DNA from: Spironucleus salmonicida
Taxonomy: Eukaryota
Assembly: GCF_000497125.1 (NCBI RefSeq)
Contig: NC_090599.1
Location: forward strand, 682,001 to 746,000
Reading direction: 5' to 3'
DNA: 64,000 bases
Positions 13,308 to 25,660 of this stretch are shown here, one piece after another. Position numbers and translations under genes: made by a program. The first letter of the stretch is position 1. Every line of letters starts with the position of its first letter. Below the pieces are notes generated by a model. It had not been told where the DNA came from. It did no database searches and was given only the letters and a program-made list of their open reading frames with translations.

Positions 13308-13643
13308 ATGGAGGTTCCGGTCACCGTCGACCTCCCCCAGAGCACGCGGTATGTCAGCCTACCGGTAGGGAAGACACTGCTGGAGGCTCTTCGAGCTAGC
13401 GGAATCAAGGTGCAGAACGGCTGCGGCGGCATCCAAGCGTGCTGCACATGCTAGGTGGCCTTCGACGCTGAGTCCTTCGTGAGACTTCCGAAGATGACAG
13501 ATGCCGAGGAGGATATGCTCACCTTCTCCCCTGACTAGAACCCCCTAGCTAGGCTGTCGTGCGCGGTGGTCGTAGACGAGGCTATCCGTGGCGCACGGAT
13601 AGTGGTGAAGGAGCAGAATCTGGCCCCGGGCCATAGCAAGTGA
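13308..13643 (+). CDS. Adrenodoxin-type [2Fe-2S] ferredoxin, 111 aa (IR2 copy A)
   Basis: GKTLLEA, CGGIQACCTC, EEDML, RLSC. Contains two TAG=Gln, so the track misses it. Stop in AGTGA. Confidence 0.93.
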
Positions 13644-13848
13644 TATCAGTTTAGTCATCAGCCTCCAGCCAAACCACCCGAGGCAAGCGCATTCTAGAAA
13701 CGATCTGGGCTCGGTAGAGTTTGGTTTAGTGCAGTACCCAGATTGATGCTTATTTGTTAAATATTAAGAAAATTATACAATTGCAACCTTGCACAAACCT
13801 GAATATAATCCACATTAGGGTAGGATATATTCGTGTCCTCACTCCAAA

Positions 13849-14925
13849 ATGACCGATTCCTTGTTCACTCACATTATGTTTTTCCTGCTAACCGCATCCT
13901 CTACTGGCTACCTGTTCGGCTTTACCCTACTAGAGAAAAACCTGGGCATGTCAAAGTTCACATTCACCACCGCGGCGGTTGGATTCGCGACGTCTGGGCT
14001 TGTTTTCCATCTCGGCCTCCTCGATAAGATGGTACGTAAACTTTCTCTCCGGCCGGTGCTATGGATTGCGATGGCCATCCAACAGGCGGGCCTCACGCTC
14101 TGCCAGTTTCCAGCGGTGCACCCCCTAAACTACATTGCGGCGCTGCTGACTTCGTGCGGTTGCTGCATGCTATATTCGGCATTATTCTACCTGTACGGTA
14201 ACTTTATGTACTTTGGTGTAGTGTCCTCTATCGCTTTCGCGGCCTCTACCACGTTCTTCTACTTTTCAGCGCTCAGCCAGTATTACCTTATCGGATTGCA
14301 GCTGCTAAGTGTCACGTCGCTGGCCCTATTCTTTCCAAAGTACCCTAGCTCCTACTGGCAGCAGGAGAAGCGCAAGCTTCTGCATAAGTCCCAGGTGCTG
14401 ACGCTCGCTGTATTCGGTAGTATCTTCAGCAAGAACCTGATGACCGTGTCCTACTTCTCTTTCGACAAGAGCCAGCTGGTATTCTCACTAGGTCTTGCCT
14501 CTTCGGTATTATCTGGACTATTCCTGTTCAACCTTCGCGTCGGTATGGTCATCTTTGCCAGCATGGCGGTGGTATCCTGCATCCTGAACGTGTTCAACAA
14601 CGTCATCCTGATACAGTTAGGTTTCTACCTCGCCAATATCGCAGCGGGGGGATTCATCTCGGGGGCTATGGCCCTCAACTCGTAGGAGAACGTGATGCGT
14701 GACAACGGGTTGATCTACCTCGCCCTGATTTGTGGAAACATTAGTGGGTTCCTCGAGAAGATAGACAGAATATGGTATTAGGCCTGTTATGAAGTATGCA
14801 TGGTCCTCATCGTGGTTGGCATGGCCGGAGTTTTCATGGTGGATACGGTGGAGAAAGCGTCCGTTGAGGAGGGAACCAGGGAGTCAGGGCAGGAGGACCT
14901 CAATCTGGGGGTCGCACAGGAGTGA
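13849..14925 (+). CDS. MFS-like multi-pass membrane protein, 358 aa (IR2 copy A)
   Basis: About 11-12 hydrophobic segments, MFS-like loop LDKMVRKLSLRP. Extends past TAG 14683 to AGTGA. Confidence 0.8.
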
Positions 14926-14961
14926 TTGAATATAATAGATACTAAATCGGTCTGGACCATA

Positions 14962-15186
14962 ATGAGGAGCGACCAGGCCAGCCACCGATACGTGCAATCC
15001 AAGGCATTCCGCCACCAAAAGGAACGGTCCCGCCTGCACAACTCTCCAAACTCCTCATTCGAAGCGCGCCATGGCGAGTGTACGGCCCCACCTGCTGACC
15101 GTCTGCAGGACCCCTGTTATCAGGAGGCTGCGTTCGCCAACGGGTTCGTGCTCCCGCGGCTGCTCCACTAGTGCAGCACCAAGTGA
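14962..15186 (+). CDS. Possible 74-aa hypothetical; mirror at 18958..19182
   Basis: ATG 36 bp after the MFS stop, ends AAGTGA. Confidence 0.4.
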
Positions 15187-15292
15187 GAATTCAGTACCAG
15201 CGGTAGAGGCGCTTCCTCACCCACCTCAAAGCGTTCTGGTACCCACTCTTGCATGCGGAGTGGGCAAACATCAACAAAGTGACATATTGCGT

Positions 15293-15475
15293 TCACTCCT
15301 CGCTCCAGTCGTCCACGCCCTCTACCAGGTCCTCCTCGGCGAACAGAATTGCACCCTCCGACGCCTCGACCTCGAAGGAGTGCTGATCGATCTGCTGTGT
15401 ACCAAAACACGATACCTGAAACTCGGCGAGCCCCTCGTCACTCGTACTGGGGCCTCCCATGTTCGATGAGTTCAT
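15293..15475 (-). CDS. Possible acidic 55-60 aa microprotein; mirror at 18669..18851
   Basis: Ends GAGTGA; head-to-head with the 15492 gene. Confidence 0.4.
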   Translation of the reverse strand: MNSSNMGGPSTSDEGLAEFQVSCFGTQQIDQHSFEVEASEGAILFAEEDLVEGVDDWSEE

Positions 15476-15491
15476 TCAAGTTCCACTCCAA

Positions 15492-16085
15492 ATGCTCATC
15501 ACGCTCTCGGCCGCCGCAATCGCGTGCTACTCGCGGCGCAGCTTCGACTTCTGCGAGTCCATAACTGTTATGCCACCAAAAACTACACCGGTGTTGCTGG
15601 ACCTACAGAGCATGCCAACTCCGGATGACCTGGCTGCTGTCCTCAGCTCTCACGTTGTGATAGGTCTGGTACTCAACGCCTCTCATGCGTAGTTGGTGAA
15701 GGTTCTTGGTGACCGGTACAAAGTTGTGGCATCGCTGACCTCTACTCCTTCCTCGAGCACCCTCCGAATACCAACCCCAAAACCCACCGCACTGTACCTA
15801 GGTTTTTCCTGCACACCCAATGCCGAATCCTAAGTTCCATACGATTCGATGCCAGCGCCGGCCCTAGTGCATTCCAGGGCCATGCTAATTGGATTCGATG
15901 CATCTCCAAAGACTATCAATAAGCTTTACGCCTACTTCGCGCGTGATTCTCTTAAGGAACCGTCAAAGGATGAGATAATGGAGCAGGTGAAGGGCACTGA
16001 CGAGTTTAAGCGCATCATTGAAGAAGCGATGTCCCAGCGCGTTCTCGAGGAGGTCCAGAAAAAGCTCGACAAGGGAGAGTTGTGA
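15492..16085 (+). CDS. Hypothetical protein, ~197 aa, hydrophobic N-terminus (IR2 copy A)
   Basis: Track ORFs 15459..15692 and 15849..16085 join under table 6; CCACTCCAA-ATG context. Confidence 0.7.
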
Positions 16086-17059
16086 TTGGATTTAAGGGAT
16101 ATAGATTATACACTAACAGTAAATTAGTTAGGGTAGATAGTAAAGTAATTATTAATTATAAATATTAATAACAAAGTTGATAAGACGATTTAATTTTACA
16201 ATGAATCGTAAAATTATTTGATCTAGCAAAAATCAACAATATATCAATTTTATTTTCTAAATTAAACATAAAATTTGGTGTATATACATGTAGCTTTCAT
16301 TCTGAGAAGTTTTTATGAAATTTAAAATCTTAATAAAACAAGTAAAATAAATATAAAACCATTATAAAATCTGAAATTGGTTTATAAGTTATTCGTATCA
16401 GCATAGCTTTGAAAGTTTAATAATGTGTGTAACAGTTGATATACTAGGATAAATAATTCTAATCTTAATATTTAACTAACCAGAATATAATATTACTAGC
16501 TTGAGCATTATCTATGATGATATAAAATATATCATACATACAATTAAGGTTGATATTATACTTAGAGATTGATATATTTTTATTGTATATGATGGTAATG
16601 TTAAGGTTTCTTACAATATTAATTGAAAATCCAATTGGTACAAGGTAAAATGTTAAGTTTCAAAGCCTTCATTTATCTCAATATACTTTATATATACACA
16701 TTAAACATAAATGAATATATACAATAGCAGAGCTTTTATTTAACATTCATTTTGTAAATACACATATTTTGCGATTATAATGAATAAAATAAAATTTAAT
16801 CAGTCTAAATTTTGGACTGAGTTATTGTTAAATAAGCTATTATTAAATAATAGGGTAAATTTCAAGTGAATACAATCATTAAACCAGAATTAGAAGTAAA
16901 TTTATACGATAAATTTTGAATTCTATAAATACTTGAATACATGTAAAATGATACAAAATATTATTATATAATATATAGCAATTTATAGTATTATTGTTAT
17001 AATTCGTAAATATAATACTGAATATAATTATATATAAATATTACGTTCTCAGTTTTAAA

Positions 17060-17218
17060 ATGAACTGTAAATAGATTTCATATGATGAATACTTGAAAAT
17101 GTATGAAGAAGATAATAAACCTTCAGTTTTAACTCCTATAGGTGGATAATCATATCATTGTTCATAATTTAATGAGTTCATTGAAGATCTTGATTCTTTT
17201 TAAGTAGACTATGAGTGA
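17060..17218 (+). CDS. Acidic microprotein, 52 aa, AT-rich member of the 'SYxEYxxM-DNPSV' family
   Basis: MNCKQISYDEYLKMYEEDNKPSVLTPIG...; ends GAGTGA; resembles the 1011..1175 product. Confidence 0.65.
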
Positions 17219-18058
17219 TTTAATTTTATTACTAAATATCGTATAGCAAAGATTATAAATATATAGGATATTGTAGCATAACTTAATGTTAAGAATAGCT
17301 AATCCTACATTAATTCCTCACCTAAATCATAAGTCTATTTTTGGAACTTATTAGAAAAATAAATTATTTTGTTTTTAATATACCTAATAATTTCACAAAT
17401 ACCATTTAATGCTATATTAATTAATAAATATAAGACAATATGGATAAATTTCTTTTGCTAATATTAGATTTAAGTAAATACTATTTAAAATATTTAAAAA
17501 GTATTATTCCATAGATAATTTTGTTATGTAATATATATATTATATAGTTAAATAACCAATATTAATTTCAAATTTGTTTTTAACTTCTATTTGACACTAC
17601 AGAAAATGATAAGACTAAATCATAAAATCAAATACTAAAAGATATAAGAATAAACTAAGAAGAATATCAAAAGCGATCAAATACTACATTATACAAGATA
17701 TTGAGACATTTTACTAAAAGTAATAATATTATAATTTGATCTTTAAAGCGCTAAGTGATCTACATAAATAACTATTATTTTTTGTATATGTTATTAAATG
17801 AGTCTCTTAATGGTTATTTATTTTCTTATAATTATAATTATTAAAAATAAACTAAATAATAATTAAACTGTATTTTATCTAATACTATCATTGCAATAGT
17901 ATGATGTCCAGAAAGTTTGATAATACTTTGCAGTTGTCCTCTATTTCCATCGTTAAATTGAACCAGCTTTCATAATTCTGCCAATTTATATTAAATTGTT
18001 TTCATACTCAAAATACAACATTATATAATTTTTTATTTAATATAATTGAGCCATTCAA

Positions 18059-18652
18059 TCACAACTCTCCCTTGTCGAGCTTTTTCTGGACCTCCTCGAG
18101 AACGCGCTGGGACATCGCTTCTTCAATGATGCGCTTAAACTCGTCAGTGCCCTTCACCTGCTCCATTATCTCATCCTTTGACGGTTCCTTAAGAGAATCA
18201 CGCGCGAAGTAGGCGTAAAGCTTATTGATAGTCTTTGGAGATGCATCGAATCCAATTAGCATGGCCCTGGAATGCACTAGGGCCGGCGCTGGCATCGAAT
18301 CGTATGGAACTTAGGATTCGGCATTGGGTGTGCAGGAAAAACCTAGGTACAGTGCGGTGGGTTTTGGGGTTGGTATTCGGAGGGTGCTCGAGGAAGGAGT
18401 AGAGGTCAGCGATGCCACAACTTTGTACCGGTCACCAAGAACCTTCACCAACTACGCATGAGAGGCGTTGAGTACCAGACCTATCACAACGTGAGAGCTG
18501 AGGACAGCAGCCAGGTCATCCGGAGTTGGCATGCTCTGTAGGTCCAGCAACACCGGTGTAGTTTTTGGTGGCATAACAGTTATGGACTCGCAGAAGTCGA
18601 AGCTGCGCCGCGAGTAGCACGCGATTGCGGCGGCCGAGAGCGTGATGAGCAT
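18059..18652 (-). CDS. Hypothetical protein, ~197 aa (IR2 copy B)
   Basis: Mirror of 15492..16085. Confidence 0.7.
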
Positions 18653-19218
18653 TTGGAGTGGAACTTGAATGAACTCATCGAACATGGGAGGCCCCAGTAC
18701 GAGTGACGAGGGGCTCGCCGAGTTTCAGGTATCGTGTTTTGGTACACAGCAGATCGATCAGCACTCCTTCGAGGTCGAGGCGTCGGAGGGTGCAATTCTG
18801 TTCGCCGAGGAGGACCTGGTAGAGGGCGTGGACGACTGGAGCGAGGAGTGAACGCAATATGTCACTTTGTTGATGTTTGCCCACTCCGCATGCAAGAGTG
18901 GGTACCAGAACGCTTTGAGGTGGGTGAGGAAGCGCCTCTACCGCTGGTACTGAATTCTCACTTGGTGCTGCACTAGTGGAGCAGCCGCGGGAGCACGAAC
19001 CCGTTGGCGAACGCAGCCTCCTGATAACAGGGGTCCTGCAGACGGTCAGCAGGTGGGGCCGTACACTCGCCATGGCGCGCTTCGAATGAGGAGTTTGGAG
19101 AGTTGTGCAGGCGGGACCGTTCCTTTTGGTGGCGGAATGCCTTGGATTGCACGTATCGGTGGCTGGCCTGGTCGCTCCTCATTATGGTCCAGACCGATTT
19201 AGTATCTATTATATTCAA

Positions 19219-20295
19219 TCACTCCTGTGCGACCCCCAGATTGAGGTCCTCCTGCCCTGACTCCCTGGTTCCCTCCTCAACGGACGCTTTCTCCACCGTA
19301 TCCACCATGAAAACTCCGGCCATGCCAACCACGATGAGGACCATGCATACTTCATAACAGGCCTAATACCATATTCTGTCTATCTTCTCGAGGAACCCAC
19401 TAATGTTTCCACAAATCAGGGCGAGGTAGATCAACCCGTTGTCACGCATCACGTTCTCCTACGAGTTGAGGGCCATAGCCCCCGAGATGAATCCCCCCGC
19501 TGCGATATTGGCGAGGTAGAAACCTAACTGTATCAGGATGACGTTGTTGAACACGTTCAGGATGCAGGATACCACCGCCATGCTGGCAAAGATGACCATA
19601 CCGACGCGAAGGTTGAACAGGAATAGTCCAGATAATACCGAAGAGGCAAGACCTAGTGAGAATACCAGCTGGCTCTTGTCGAAAGAGAAGTAGGACACGG
19701 TCATCAGGTTCTTGCTGAAGATACTACCGAATACAGCGAGCGTCAGCACCTGGGACTTATGCAGAAGCTTGCGCTTCTCCTGCTGCCAGTAGGAGCTAGG
19801 GTACTTTGGAAAGAATAGGGCCAGCGACGTGACACTTAGCAGCTGCAATCCGATAAGGTAATACTGGCTGAGCGCTGAAAAGTAGAAGAACGTGGTAGAG
19901 GCCGCGAAAGCGATAGAGGACACTACACCAAAGTACATAAAGTTACCGTACAGGTAGAATAATGCCGAATATAGCATGCAGCAACCGCACGAAGTCAGCA
20001 GCGCCGCAATGTAGTTTAGGGGGTGCACCGCTGGAAACTGGCAGAGCGTGAGGCCCGCCTGTTGGATGGCCATCGCAATCCATAGCACCGGCCGGAGAGA
20101 AAGTTTACGTACCATCTTATCGAGGAGGCCGAGATGGAAAACAAGCCCAGACGTCGCGAATCCAACCGCCGCGGTGGTGAATGTGAACTTTGACATGCCC
20201 AGGTTTTTCTCTAGTAGGGTAAAGCCGAACAGGTAGCCAGTAGAGGATGCGGTTAGCAGGAAAAACATAATGTGAGTGAACAAGGAATCGGTCAT
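19219..20295 (-). CDS. MFS-like membrane protein (IR2 copy B)
   Basis: Mirror of 13849..14925. Confidence 0.8.
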
Positions 20296-20500
20296 TTTGG
20301 AGTGAGGACACGAATATATCCTACCCTAATGTGGATTATATTCAGGTTTGTGCAAGGTTGCAATTGTATAATTTTCTTAATATTTAACAAATAAGCATCA
20401 ATCTGGGTACTGCACTAAACCAAACTCTACCGAGCCCAGATCGTTTCTAGAATGCGCTTGCCTCGGGTGGTTTGGCTGGAGGCTGATGACTAAACTGATA

Positions 20501-20836
20501 TCACTTGCTATGGCCCGGGGCCAGATTCTGCTCCTTCACCACTATCCGTGCGCCACGGATAGCCTCGTCTACGACCACCGCGCACGACAGCCTAGCTAGG
20601 GGGTTCTAGTCAGGGGAGAAGGTGAGCATATCCTCCTCGGCATCTGTCATCTTCGGAAGTCTCACGAAGGACTCAGCGTCGAAGGCCACCTAGCATGTGC
20701 AGCACGCTTGGATGCCGCCGCAGCCGTTCTGCACCTTGATTCCGCTAGCTCGAAGAGCCTCCAGCAGTGTCTTCCCTACCGGTAGGCTGACATACCGCGT
20801 GCTCTGGGGGAGGTCGACGGTGACCGGAACCTCCAT
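20501..20836 (-). CDS. [2Fe-2S] ferredoxin (IR2 copy B)
   Basis: Mirror of 13308..13643. Confidence 0.93.
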
Positions 20837-21591
20837 TCTTCGCCTCGGTAGTATTATGTATAGAAATACCTTGTATACTTGTATACGAGAGTCGGCTGGT
20901 CAGCGGCGCGTCGAAGCTGCAGCTATCGCCAGAGCTGCTCAGGCGCCTTCTTCGGTCACCGCTAGTCCTAGCACGCGTCCCTCGCTCCGGTGTCTGTGCT
21001 GGAGTTAGCCAGATTCTCCGGATGCACTCTTGTCGGTAGCACCCTGCATCTGGTGGCAGTAGAAGAACTCGTCAACATCGCTGCTGGCCCAGTTGGCACA
21101 GCACCGCTTCATTTTACGAGCGTAGGGACGTTAGAATAGAGTATAGGATAGGATAATTGCAAAACCAGCGCGGGACCGCCGTTACTATTAGGGTGAAACT
21201 GATAACTGCGCACTGTAGATGTTCACTCCCGAAGAAGGTACTATCCTATATATCCGGTTATCCTCGTATCTGTAGAAAATTATTGTTTACGTTTTTGTAC
21301 AGATGCTGATTACAAATATTTGCCCAAAGAGGCGTGTGCTTAAATCTCCATTTCCAGCGAACGCTGCCTGGCGTGGGCGCGCAACGCCCGGTGTGTATGC
21401 TGCATCGTGACCACTGCAGCATGGGGTTCGGTTTGGGCCGATGCAAACTGGTAGCTACAGTTTCCCATCCCAGTGCACGCCAAGCTTTATGCATCGAAAC
21501 ATGTATTCGTAAATAATTTATTTGTATACGCAGGGCGGACCAAAACTACTCAATACTATATCCCAGACGCATTTGCGCGTCCCTCCCCAAA

Positions 21592-21816
21592 ATGCGACAG
21601 CGCCGCCTGCACGCCCTCCAGCAGAAGAAGATTACCCAGATCCTGCCGCCAGCCCCTCTGGAGGACTTCTTTGCGACGGTCATCGATATGCAACCCGAGC
21701 ACATATTCTCGTCCAGCTCCCACAATAAGGACAGCATGATCAGCCTGGAGCAGTAGCCGTGTATGATGGGCTGCGTCAGCCAGACCTCCTGCATCGACGA
21801 GGACCTGACCCTCTGA
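21592..21816 (+). CDS. Microprotein, 74 aa (MRQRRLHALQQKKITQI...GCVSQTSCIDEDLTL)
   Basis: CCCTCCCCAAAATG context; one TAG=Gln; paralog directly downstream. Confidence 0.75.
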
Positions 21817-21947
21817 GCGGCTCGGCAGCGCTCTCCTGCCCATCATACCGCCGCGCCCATTCTGCTCCACGCTCGGATATTGTGCTAAAACACAAATACG
21901 CAAAAGGCTTTTAATTCCTCCTATTTAAATACAACTGCCCTCCGAAA

Positions 21948-22181
21948 ATGCGCAAGCGCCGGCTGCACGCGCTGCACCAGAAGAGCATCTAGAGCATCCC
22001 GAGCCCGCCAGACCTCGCCATCGACGACGACCTGATGTCGCTCATCGAGAACCTGGTCCCCACGCAGGTCTTCACGGCCTGCACCGGCGCCCAGGAGAGC
22101 GCGATCAGCTTCGCACGGCCCGGCAGCCTCGTGGGGTGCCCCTCGCGCGCCTCGTACCAGGAGGAGGACCTGGCGGAGTGA
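21948..22181 (+). CDS. Microprotein, 77 aa (MRKRRLHALHQKSIQSI...GCPSRASYQEEDLAE)
   Basis: CCCTCCGAAAATG context; stop in AGTGA. Confidence 0.75.
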
Positions 22182-22202
22182 CCGCGTAGACCCTCGCACC
22201 GA

Positions 22203-22322
22203 ATGCTCGCCTGCTGCCGCCGCGCCCGCAAGCCCCAGTACCGCCCCGTGATCATCCTGCAGGATCTGACCCCCGCGGTGCCACGCTATCCCGCCGCGCA
22301 GGCCCTGTAGGACGCGGCCTGA
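22203..22322 (+). CDS. Possible 39-aa peptide (MLACCRRARKPQYRPVII...); mirror at 11822..11941
   Basis: GC3-biased; stop followed immediately by AGTGA. Confidence 0.35.
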
Positions 22323-22389
22323 GTGACTTGTTCTGTTCCACCAGCCACCCTTCTATGACATACTGCCCTACGGCAAACGCACCACGCAA

Positions 22390-23445
22390 TCACTCCAGCC
22401 CGAACCGCTCGTCCAGCTGCCGCAGCATCTCCCAGCGCTCCTGGTTCCGCTGCTGCAGGCTCTCGATGCTCAGGATTTCGCGCTCCCCGGCCTCGCTCTC
22501 TGCGCGCGCCAGCGCCGCTACCTCACGTCGCAGCTCGCTGCGCGTGGCCTCCAGCTGCTGAATCTGCTGCGCCGTGCTCGCAATCTCGGCCCGAACGCTG
22601 TCCGCGAGCTCGTCCTGCGTCGCCTGCGGGGATTTTGCCTGCCGCATGAGCAGCCCTTCGAGTTCGCTGACGCGCGTTTTGAGTGCCTGCACCTCCGGCG
22701 AATTGGCCTGCATTTGAGACATGCGCTGCATCTGGAGCTCCTGTAGAATCTGGAACTGAACATCGTGGCTCGGGTTGCTTTGGGCCGCCAGAAGCTGCTG
22801 CTGTTGCAGTTGGATCATGTTAATCTGCTGAGAAAGCTGTGTCAAGTTGTGGAGCATCATCTCGTTTTGGGGCTGATGGAGCACAATTTGCTGCGGAGGT
22901 TGGGGCGGGGCGAGTTGCTGTTGAAATTGGGGTGGGGGTATAGGAGGTGTAGGGGTTGGAGGCTGAAATTTGACGGTTTAGCGGAGCTGTGGAGGTGATT
23001 GTGCTTCTTCTACGGGATCTGGCATGAATTTTGGCTGTGGCTTGACGATTCTGACCTCTTTTTAAGGTATTTCTGGAGCTTGAAAACGTAGCTTTTTCTG
23101 ACGCTCCCTCTCGGCTTCCTACTCCACAGCGCGTTGGACTGAAGCATAGTAGCGTGCTGAGAAGTCCTTGTCTTCTTATGCGAGCTATTCGGCCTCTACC
23201 TTATCAAACGCGCTAACAGATTTCCAATTTTATTATATACGCATAATGAGGTTGTCTTTAAACTTTTATATTCTCTTTCTGTCAAATTCGTTATAGTCGC
23301 GATCATTCATTCGACCGTCTCTTATTTATCCGTCTTATGGAGGAGGAGAATTAAGTTGCTCCTCTTGAATTTCTCTAGCACGTTACTAGTTAATAAGTTT
23401 TTATTAGTGCTAAACTTTCCTATCTAGATCAGATAAAATAAACAT
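22390..23445 (-). CDS. Gln/Pro-rich coiled-coil hypothetical, 351 aa; last 27 codons lie in the IR2 arm
   Basis: Open from CCTCCGCACAAA-ATG (23445) to GAGTGA with TAR=Gln. Confidence 0.8.
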
Positions 23446-24486
23446 TTTGTGCGGAGGTAATATATATAATTTATTATATATTAGTACCAAATAAATATTG
23501 CCAATTTAGTCTAATAAATATTATACATAATTATTATGCTCATTCTGAACTTAAAACTAGTATATTTTAGTTACATGGATAATATATATATTAACTATAA
23601 TAGCTTTATATTATTTAATCTATATTATAAACTAATTAAAGTAAGTTTTGTAATGTACATTAAATTAATTAACAAGAGGAAAATATTATGAATGACACTT
23701 TTATATAAATTATTTTTAATAAAAAAACTATATTATTCTTTACATGATATATTTTAAAATAACAAAGATGAGAGATATTCATTTACTCACTTTGTATCTA
23801 GGCTTAGGAGTTTGTAATTTAGTTATTTAACTTTTATGTTATAATTTTATATGTGTTTAATTCAGTTTTGGTAGTTATGTTAATGAAGAAGATGCAGAGT
23901 TTGAGATTTGTATTATGATATTTTAGTTATCCATCATGTTATAATGACTAACATTAACATAAACATAGTCTTCGTTACATTTCTAAACACCTAAATTTTT
24001 AATTGATAAATTGAGTGCGGATTTATGCTGATTTTACATTATGAAAAACATAATACGAAAACATATAATAAAATATATTTGTATATAATACGGTAAGATA
24101 ATTATCTTATAATATTTATTATAATACTAACATAAGAAGAGGACTATTTGATAATTATATTTATCATTTATGATATTAAATAAGTTTTGAATCTGGACAT
24201 TACACTAGATATAAAAATTATGAATAATAATATAAATATATACAATATTCTTAATTATTTATTTGAAAACAAGTAAAGCAATTTCTAAACTCTGTATATC
24301 TTGTACTATATAGAGTATTTTATTTTTAATCTGTAATTAGTTGCTAACTGCACTTTAATTTTTATAAACTTTATACTATAATATGTTTAATGATAGTATA
24401 TATTTACACAAATTGTGTATCAAAAATAAATGTAAATTCATATTTGATATATTATTCTTACATAGTATTATAATTGTATTTTTAAA

Positions 24487-24765
24487 ATGACATGCAAACA
24501 TAAATGGAGCTACCAGGAAATAGATATGTTAGTGGACGCTGTATCAAAGTATGGAAAGCATTGGAAATTGATTCAAGAAACAATATTCTAACATATCAAA
24601 GTCACTGGTCTCCGTTGTATGTATTACAAAATATAACGTTTAGGAGATACATAAGAAAATATAAATAGATTTGACGCCGTAGAACTTACTAAAACATCTA
24701 CATAGAGTTATTTCAATACCTATAATGATTAATTTAACTCGTTAATCCCAGAAGAGCTGTTCTGA
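24487..24765 (+). CDS. Single-repeat Myb/SANT-like protein, 92 aa
   Basis: KHKWSYQEIDMLVDAVSKYGKHWKLIQ matches the Myb W-x-x-x-E...L...V.KYG..W..I pattern. Confidence 0.85.
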
Positions 24766-25186
24766 GTGTATTCTATTTTTCTGATAGTTTCTATTATTAC
24801 TCGTTGTAGTTGTATATCTTCTTAAAATACAATGTATAGTAAAATACAATTTGTATTTGCTAAAATCATATATGTAATTTGCTATTAACCTTATTAGTTA
24901 TATAGAGTTAATAATTTTAGCATACTTTTGTAGTAATCTGTAATAAAACTAAATTGAGAAAAGAAGAAACCTAGTAACTAATTATACTAAATAATATGAC
25001 TAATAGATAAAAATTTATATTTCTAACAGATAAGTATGTTTTTATTAATTTTATATTTTATAATATTTTAAACGAAAATAGAATACTTAGTTATTTATAA
25101 TTAATTAACATAACTAGAGTAAAAACCAAAAATTAGAGTAATGATTAAACCATATTTTATTACAATTTTAAACAATAATATTTAAA

Positions 25187-25561
25187 ATGAAGAGTATTAA
25201 ATATAACTACTAGTTCATAAGCAAGGAAGATACTATGTAGATTAAAACAATGATTTTGGCCTAAAAGTTGATAAAAGATACATCATGGGGCGAGGTTCTT
25301 CCAATTAAATAAAGCAATAAATTTGTAAAGCCAACAAGCTTTAGGACCCCTTCGCCAACAAATTAATTGTCTAGAGGTATCCGCCATACATTAAATCTAA
25401 GAACACCATAAATTAGCGATGAGTACCAAAAAATTGCCATCAAACCATTACTTTCCTGTAGAGCTAGCAAACCAAGCAAAATTACGGAATTAGATAATTC
25501 TTCGTATGATTTACCATCTTCTTTCATGCTAACTGCCATGATCCATACTATGATCGAGTGA
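25187..25561 (+). CDS. Hypothetical protein, 124 aa
   Basis: TAAAATG start, open under table 6, ends GAGTGA. Confidence 0.5.
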
Positions 25562-25660
25562 CTATTGAAATATACACAGAATAGTTCATTATTTTTTAAA
25601 ATCCCATTTTTAATAATTTATATATTATAATATTATATATTATAATATATTTTCCAAATT

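Larger units (their letters stand above)
11671..16088. repeat. Inverted repeat IR2, left arm (4418 bp)
   Basis: Reverse complement of 18056..22473 (sum 34144). All mirrored track ORFs are identical. Confidence 0.98.
18056..22473. repeat. IR2 right arm
   Basis: Reverse complement of 11671..16088. Confidence 0.98.

Noticed and set aside
11671-22473. IRs as terminal inverted repeats of transposons or Mavericks
   Set aside because: No transposase, integrase or polymerase; arms are mutually unrelated and made of host genes; no target-site duplication noticed.
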